A stretch of 64,000 nt of DNA from positions 16,265-80,264 of the IMG/VR virus record IMGVR_UViG_3300047409_000726. The stretch is one strand, 5' to 3'. The notes below the pieces were generated by a model. It made no database searches, was not told where the DNA came from, and saw only the letters and a list, made by a program, of their open reading frames with translations. The stretch comes from a virus. A program made the position numbers and the translations under genes. Below, piece after piece: positions 58,248 to 64,000 of the stretch. Every line of letters begins with the position of its first letter. The stretch's first letter is position 1.

Positions 58248-58774
58248 CCGAATTCGTTGGACGCGGACCGGGCGGACGCCCCTACTCTTACGTGGAAACA
58301 CCGAAGGGCGGCGGCTTGGGGGCGCTCGCGCGAAACTTCGCTGTAGGACCGGCAGAAGGTACCGCCGTAACTACCGGCGGCGTCCAAATCCCCTGGGGTA
58401 CGACGGACGTGCCCGGATTCACTTTCGCGGACGTACCGATCACCCCGAGGGTCTCTGGAATCGTTCGCGTTACTGCTGTGGTTTGCGTCGCGAACAGTAC
58501 ATCAAACCCGGCCACGCTTATCGTCGAAGTCCAAGTAGACGGAGTGACACAAATTCGACCTCTGCACGAAGAGGTCACAGTGCCGTTCACCAACGGTGGC
58601 GAAGAAACTAGCGGGTTCGCAGCGGTTCCAATCGAGACCGAGATTCTCGGGTTAGTGCTGGGAACCGCAGTGAACATACAAATCAAAGTAACGGCGCTCA
58701 CAGCCGACGCTCTCACGCTAACCACGAACAACTCGTCGATCGAAGTACAGGAAGTGCTCCCCTCAACCGGCTGA
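58244..58774 (+). CDS. Beta-rich spike-like protein, paralog 1
   Basis: ARNFAVGP, VPITPRVSG, SSIEVQE. Confidence 0.65.
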   Translation: MTEFVGRGPGGRPYSYVETPKGGGLGALARNFAVGPAEGTAVTTGGVQIPWGTTDVPGFTFADVPITPRVSGIVRVTAVVCVANSTSNPATLIVEVQVDGVTQIRPLHEEVTVPFTNGGEETSGFAAVPIETEILGLVLGTAVNIQIKVTALTADALTLTTNNSSIEVQEVLPSTG

Positions 58775-59035
58775 AGAGAATCAAAATGCAGGTCGTCATC
58801 CCGAAAGAAAAGCTCGAGGCTCTCAAAGCCTGCGACGCTTACATCAAATCACCGGAGTGGAACGGCGAAGCGCTCGTCTACTCCGACTGGGACGCGACGG
58901 TGCGACGTCTGATGTCTACCGGACCTGGGATCACCTTTCTCGGATATCTGGTCAAGAACGAGCTCGTGCCGATGACCAAGGAAGAGTTCAGGCAGGCGCG
59001 AGTGACGCACATTTTCAAGAACGAGGAGCGCTAAC

Positions 59036-59542
59036 ATGGGCGAGTTCAGAATCGGACGCAGGTTCGCACAGCACACCTACCCCGACACACCAAGAGGGGG
59101 AGGGGCGCTGGCGTTCGCGCGAAACTTCGCGATGGGTCCGGCTACGCCCACCACCATCACGACCGGCGGCGTTCAGGTTCCGTGGGATTTCATCGAAAGC
59201 GGTGCCCCCTCCGGCGTCAACGTGCCGATCACACCGCGTGTCACCGGGCGAATGCTCTTCTCCGGCGTCGTTCAGGTCACGAACAACGACGACGCGCCTG
59301 TGACCGTACAGGTGCAGATTCAAGTGAACGATGCCACGGCACTCGTTCCACTTGTTCAAGAGACGGTCGACGCGAACGGCGAAGCAGCTATCGCTTTCGA
59401 GATTATGTACATCGCGTCGCTTCCGGTCGGCGTCACCGCTCAGATCCAATTACTGGTCACGTCTACAGCAGACGTCGACGTCGTTTTGAGCACGGACAAC
59501 TCAACGCTAGAAATCGAAGAAAAATCGTTCGCGACCGGGTGA
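59036..59542 (+). CDS. Beta-rich spike-like protein, paralog 2
   Basis: ARNFAMGP, VPITPRVTG. Confidence 0.65.
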   Translation: MGEFRIGRRFAQHTYPDTPRGGGALAFARNFAMGPATPTTITTGGVQVPWDFIESGAPSGVNVPITPRVTGRMLFSGVVQVTNNDDAPVTVQVQIQVNDATALVPLVQETVDANGEAAIAFEIMYIASLPVGVTAQIQLLVTSTADVDVVLSTDNSTLEIEEKSFATG

Positions 59543-59546
59543 ACCC

Positions 59547-60059
59547 ATGGGTGAATTCAGAATCGGCCGCAAATACGCGCACCACTTCTACCCGGACACA
59601 CCACGGGGAGCGGGAGCGCTGTCGCTTGCGCGAAATTTCGCGATGGGCCCTGGGGATGCAACCGACGTCGTCACGTCCGGTGACGGTGGCACTCAGATCC
59701 CTTGGGATTTCATCGAGAGTGATGCCGCCCTAGGCGTCGACGCGCCGATCACCCCAAGAGTCACTGGGCAAATCCTTTTCAAAGGCGTGATCGTTTTCAA
59801 AAACAACTCACTGTCTCCGGTAAACGTGACGGCGCAAGTCGAGGTGAACGACTTGGCAATAGCGCCTCCGGTCGTTGAAGAGACAGTCGCAGCAAACGGG
59901 TTGGCCGCCGTACCTTTCGAAGTGCTCATCGATACCCCACTCGCCCTCGGCGTCACAGCGAACATACAAGTCATCGTGACCGCGTCGATAAACGATGCGA
60001 TCACGCTTACCGTGGACAGTTCGACCATCGAAATCGAAGAAGTTCCGTTTGCGGCGTGA
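59547..60059 (+). CDS. Beta-rich spike-like protein, paralog 3
   Basis: ARNFAMGP, APITPRVTG. Confidence 0.65.
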   Translation: MGEFRIGRKYAHHFYPDTPRGAGALSLARNFAMGPGDATDVVTSGDGGTQIPWDFIESDAALGVDAPITPRVTGQILFKGVIVFKNNSLSPVNVTAQVEVNDLAIAPPVVEETVAANGLAAVPFEVLIDTPLALGVTANIQVIVTASINDAITLTVDSSTIEIEEVPFAA

Positions 60060-60272
60060 TGCAAAGGAAACTCGTCAATGCCCAAGAAAATTCACCAGGA
60101 GACGATGTGCTGCGGTAGCAAGCGGTGTCCGACGGTGACGTTGTTCGATGACGGTTCGATGGAGATCTTCGACAACGACGCGCAGAAGAACTCCGTCGGA
60201 AACATCAAGCTCGACCCCGATCAAGTTTCGAGACTCGTCGAGCTTGCGAACAAAAAATCGGCAGAATGATCC

Positions 60273-60902
60273 ATGAAAACCACAGGCAGAAAATCGCAAG
60301 AGGTCTACCCGGAAAGATCACCCGGAGCTTCGGGATCTGGCGCGCTCGTACGCGTCGGTTACGACGGCACGACCGAAGAGTTCGAAATCGAATCGGGTAA
60401 CGCATACCTCCCGCGAAACGCCGCACTCGATCCGCTCCAGGTGACGTTCCCCTCGTTCACGCTCGGAGACACGCTCGAGGTCGATTTCAGGCTGAACGGC
60501 TCTGTTTCTGCAGAAGAGCCGACCACTGCTCAAATCAACACACAAATCGTGGTGAGTTTGGACGGCGGCGTGACGTTCTACACGCTCACGCCTTCGGACT
60601 CGGCGGTCGGCGTCACCACCGACAGCGGAGCAGACAACGTCATCCTTCTCAGAAGCCTCGATTCTATCCAGATCGTCAATCCAATGCCGGTCGTCGTGAA
60701 CGGCGTTCCGAGCACCATTCCGGTCACGTCTCCGCCCATCGTGCGTGTCATCTACCAGTACGCCGATGACACCATGGTCGTTTTGGTCAACGGCGGCACG
60801 GACGAGCTCACGCTACCGGGCGCTATTCTGAAGTGCAGCGAGCTCTTGGCTGCGTCCGTGTTCCAGGGCCCGCTCGGACAGCTCGCGATCGCCATCGCCT
60901 GA
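60273..60902 (+). CDS. Beta-rich virion-associated protein
   Basis: N-terminal GR...YP tag; VSLDGGVTF Asp-box-like motif. Confidence 0.55.
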   Translation: MKTTGRKSQEVYPERSPGASGSGALVRVGYDGTTEEFEIESGNAYLPRNAALDPLQVTFPSFTLGDTLEVDFRLNGSVSAEEPTTAQINTQIVVSLDGGVTFYTLTPSDSAVGVTTDSGADNVILLRSLDSIQIVNPMPVVVNGVPSTIPVTSPPIVRVIYQYADDTMVVLVNGGTDELTLPGAILKCSELLAASVFQGPLGQLAIAIA

Positions 60903-60913
60903 AAGGTCACCAA

Positions 60914-61477
60914 ATGAAACTCATCGGCAGAGGCAGATACGCGACAGAGGCTTACCCGGGAGGATCCTCGGCGGCGGGCGCCGCTTCAGCAGCGCTGCGC
61001 AACCGAAACGTCGCTCTTCCAGGCGCGCTTGCAGTTCCGTTCACGCCCACCAACGCTGTGCTCGCGGCCGTCTTGTTCACACCAAGCGTCAGCGGCGTCA
61101 TTCAAATAGCTGCCTCGGCTTTAGTGGAGAACGGAACAGACGCCGAAACCTACCTGATTGGCATGGAAGTGATACCAGGTACCGGGCTCACCGTTACAGG
61201 CGGCGACATGACCGTCGATGGCTGGGTAGTAGGTACCACATCAGCTCCGGTAGTAGGCGGCGTCACGGGATCGCCTGTGATGGCGCTAGAGGATTTAACG
61301 GCACCGCTCCTCAGTGGTGCAAGCGCAGCGCTGTCGGTATTCGGTATTTCCGACAACGTGTCTCCGTTGCCACTCGGGGTGCCTGTAGTGATCGTCGTCA
61401 TACTAGGCGAGGTTGGTAGCGGCCACGCGATAGCTCAACTTGCGGTTACGAACCTCTCGGTAATGGAACTCCCGTAA
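60914..61477 (+). CDS. Beta-rich virion-associated protein
   Basis: [15 protein letters not shown] tag; TPSVSG. Confidence 0.6.
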   Translation: MKLIGRGRYATEAYPGGSSAAGAASAALRNRNVALPGALAVPFTPTNAVLAAVLFTPSVSGVIQIAASALVENGTDAETYLIGMEVIPGTGLTVTGGDMTVDGWVVGTTSAPVVGGVTGSPVMALEDLTAPLLSGASAALSVFGISDNVSPLPLGVPVVIVVILGEVGSGHAIAQLAVTNLSVMELP

Positions 61478-61481
61478 GTAG

Positions 61482-61766
61482 ATGAATGACCTGCTCCTCA
61501 CTCTTGCCCTCATCGGCGCGACGCTCATCGTCACGCGCGGGACGATTTTTCGTCTACTTCGACGTATCTGGCCAGAGTTTCTCGAGTGCCCGCTCTGTGT
61601 CGGTTTCTGGATCGGCGCGGCAGCAGGCGGAAGCAGTGTCGTGTCGCTCGGCAACGGGAAAATTCTCGACGCCTTCATCGTCGGTTGCGCAACGAGTTTT
61701 CTCTCGATGCTCGCCAACGCTGTGTTGATCAAATTGCTCGACGACAACGAACCCGTCGGGCCGTAG
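61482..61766 (+). CDS. DUF1360-like small membrane protein
   Basis: FLECPLCVGFWIG. Confidence 0.6.
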   Translation: MNDLLLTLALIGATLIVTRGTIFRLLRRIWPEFLECPLCVGFWIGAAAGGSSVVSLGNGKILDAFIVGCATSFLSMLANAVLIKLLDDNEPVGP

Positions 61767-61793
61767 ACCCCGAAAGAGGAAGAGAGACATCCC

Positions 61794-63014
61794 ATGGGTA
61801 ACGTTATAGGTAGAGGTCGATACGCGCGTGATACATACCCGGGACCCCCGGCAGCGCCCGCTACTGTCGACGACAGAATCGACGTGCTCACGGCGATTCT
61901 GGAACACAACGTACAGCTTCAAGGTGACGCCACGCAAGTGAGCGGCAGCGTCGTCGCGCTCGACTCGCCGCTTTACACGTTGGTCCCCGGGGTCACTGTC
62001 TTCCCGGGATCTCCGACCGTAGAAGTGACCGGAAGCATAACGGTGCACGGCACTCCTGGCTCGAACGTGCTCTTCGAGCTCGTGCGGGATCGCGGAAGTG
62101 AAGGAGAACTGGTACTCACGCATCAAGATGCCACGATCAGCGGCGCTGCTGGCGATCTGGCGACCATCACGCTCGTGTCGCTAGACGTAAACCTAGAAAA
62201 GGGCTCGACACACACGTGGTCCATACGCGCAACAGGTGCAGCGGCGATCACCTCTCCCGATCCGGCACTCATCCTGGTCGAACAAAAGCCGTCCGGAACC
62301 GCAGTCGTCATTCCTACCCCGCCAACACAAGCGGTTGAGCTGAACACAGCGGCCGACTTCGCTGCATTCGGCGGAACCGGCATCACGACGACGGGCGGCT
62401 CAAGCATCGACGGAGACATCGGCGTGAGTCCCGCCGTCACGTCCGCCGCCATCACGGGCTTCGCACTCGTGCTCGACGGCTCCGGGCAATTCTCTACGTC
62501 CTCGCAGGTGCACCCTAGCGTACCCACGGGACAGCTCGGACACGTATTCGCGTTCAACTACGCGGTGCCTACGCCCGCAAAGGTCAATCAGGCGAACCTC
62601 GACATGATCACGGCGTACAACGACGCCGCTGGGCGCCCTGCGGACACGACAGCGGCAGGCGGTGACATCAGCGCCGACTCGCCGCTCGCAGCAGGGGCGG
62701 TCTACCGCTACACCGGAGCGTCCAGCGTTACGGCAGGAGCTCTGACACTGAACGGCGGACCCACCGACGTCATCATCATTCAAGTGGCCGGTGCGCTCGA
62801 CATTCACCAAGACATTCTGCTCACGGGCGGATTGCTTCCAGAGAACGTCTTCTTCGTTGCGGCAGGACAGGTCACCATCTTCGGCGGCATCACGGTCAAC
62901 GGAGAGTTCTTGGGCCAAACCGGCATCGCCATGCAAGCAGGCACGACACTCAACGGTCGAGCACTCGCTCAGACCGCAGTCACGCTCATCAACAACACGA
63001 TCGTTGAGGCGTGA
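61794..63014 (+). CDS. Protein with C-terminal DUF3494 ice-binding-like beta-solenoid
   Basis: GDIGVSP, AYNDAAGR, IIQVAGAL, ENVFF, LNGRALAQTAVTL. Confidence 0.88.
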   Translation: MGNVIGRGRYARDTYPGPPAAPATVDDRIDVLTAILEHNVQLQGDATQVSGSVVALDSPLYTLVPGVTVFPGSPTVEVTGSITVHGTPGSNVLFELVRDRGSEGELVLTHQDATISGAAGDLATITLVSLDVNLEKGSTHTWSIRATGAAAITSPDPALILVEQKPSGTAVVIPTPPTQAVELNTAADFAAFGGTGITTTGGSSIDGDIGVSPAVTSAAITGFALVLDGSGQFSTSSQVHPSVPTGQLGHVFAFNYAVPTPAKVNQANLDMITAYNDAAGRPADTTAAGGDISADSPLAAGAVYRYTGASSVTAGALTLNGGPTDVIIIQVAGALDIHQDILLTGGLLPENVFFVAAGQVTIFGGITVNGEFLGQTGIAMQAGTTLNGRALAQTAVTLINNTIVEA

Positions 63015-63037
63015 AAAGACTGAAAGCGTAACAAACC

Positions 63038-63925
63038 ATGTCTAAAATCATTGGAAGAGGACGTTACGCGACCGATACGTACCCGCAACCGTCTTTCGGA
63101 TCTGGATCTGGCACCGGTACGACGGGCTCAACGGGCCCAACCGGTCTACAAGGAGTCGGGATCGGATTAACGGGGCCGACAGGGCCAACAGGACGAACCG
63201 GAGCAAGCGGCCCCACTGGTGTCGCCGGAGCTGCAACGAACACCGGTGCGACCGGTGTAACGGGACCGAGCGGGCCCAGCGGGAGCACCGGAGCAACAGG
63301 ACCTACTGGCCCCACCGGCGTTTCTGGTTCTGCAACCAACACCGGCGCCACAGGCCCAACGGGATCAAGTGGTCCTACTGGTACCGCTGGTGGTGCAGCC
63401 AACACCGGCGCCACAGGTCCGACTGGACCAAGCCCAGGATCAACCGGACCGACAGGAAGCACGGGACCGACAGGATCGACGGGCAGCACGGGCCCAACAG
63501 GCTCAACAGGCCCGACAGGGCGAACCGGATCAACGGGACCCACCGGTGCGGCATCGACAGTCACGGGACCCACAGGTCCAACGGTTTTTGCGACAGAGAC
63601 GCGCGCCAACAAAAACATGGCTGCGTCTACGACGGTCAATGACGGCGATCTCGCTTGCGCCACGGCCGTCGCGTTCACTCCCGCCGCCTCTTCTACGAAC
63701 GGCGGCTACATAGGCGTCGGCATAAACCCTGCGTTCCCGTACAACGTCGGCGACGGAACGAAAGTAAACGTCGACTGCTACTTCTCCGGTGACGCCGGAG
63801 CTACAGCGCGCTCGCTGAAAGACGTCATCGCGGGAGATTTGCTGTTTTGGAATCAGAGCGTTGCCGGGTTCAACCTGGACGCAGCCACCGACGTGGTCAG
63901 TTTCTTCTATTCGGTAATCGTGTAA
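63038..63925 (+). CDS. Collagen-like fibre protein
   Basis: Long G-X-T triplet region, shared N-terminal tag, globular C-terminus. Confidence 0.85.
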   Translation: MSKIIGRGRYATDTYPQPSFGSGSGTGTTGSTGPTGLQGVGIGLTGPTGPTGRTGASGPTGVAGAATNTGATGVTGPSGPSGSTGATGPTGPTGVSGSATNTGATGPTGSSGPTGTAGGAANTGATGPTGPSPGSTGPTGSTGPTGSTGSTGPTGSTGPTGRTGSTGPTGAASTVTGPTGPTVFATETRANKNMAASTTVNDGDLACATAVAFTPAASSTNGGYIGVGINPAFPYNVGDGTKVNVDCYFSGDAGATARSLKDVIAGDLLFWNQSVAGFNLDAATDVVSFFYSVIV

Positions 63926-64000
63926 AAAAGTGGCTTCTATCCAGCCGAAGCAAATCCGCGCATCCCGACTGAAACAAGTCGGGGTGGCGGCCGGCATGAT

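Noticed and set aside
63110-63580. 9-nt periodic DNA repeats
   Set aside because: Fully explained by collagen G-X-T coding.
1-64000. tRNA, rRNA, integrase, terminase or reverse transcriptase genes
   Set aside because: None recognised by eye; a tRNAscan or HMM run would be needed to exclude them.

Overview
The window looks like part of a large, GC-rich dsDNA virus genome, probably infecting a myxobacterium (inferred from a Gly/Cys-rich lipoprotein). No terminase, portal or tail genes were recognised. Layout: (1) 0.1-6.2 kb, minus strand: nucleotide metabolism and primase genes (ThyX, dNMP kinase, MazG-like, prim-pol) with an iteron-like inverted repeat. (2) 6.4-15.4 kb: replication genes (PD-(D/E)XK nuclease, two SF2 helicases, one with nine tandem CCCH zinc fingers, SSB-like protein, family A polymerase, RuvC-like resolvase). 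(3) 15-39 kb: many small accessory genes, two adenine methyltransferases, an HNH nuclease and a GH25 lysin. (4) 40-64 kb: a putative membrane-containing virion module (intein-split transglutaminase-like protease, Arg-rich core protein, candidate major capsid protein, LysM and peptidoglycan-binding membrane proteins, spike-like proteins including a DUF3494 domain and a collagen). The main finding is a minus-strand operon at 23.9-26.4 kb: a stand-alone RAMP/Cas7-like gene flanked by four non-coding tracts of strictly phased 5-nt units (3 near-constant + 2 variable nt), each ending in a shared handle, with no CRISPR array. Reading the variable dinucleotides of one tract as codon positions 1-2 spells P-L-V-G-A-S-G-A-I-F-G-L-L-A-V, the rhomboid protease active-site motif, and a sequence-diverged rhomboid gene lies directly beside it. 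This suggests an RNA-guided system using a gapped, wobble-skipping code. All family calls come from motif recognition by eye; no searches were run.
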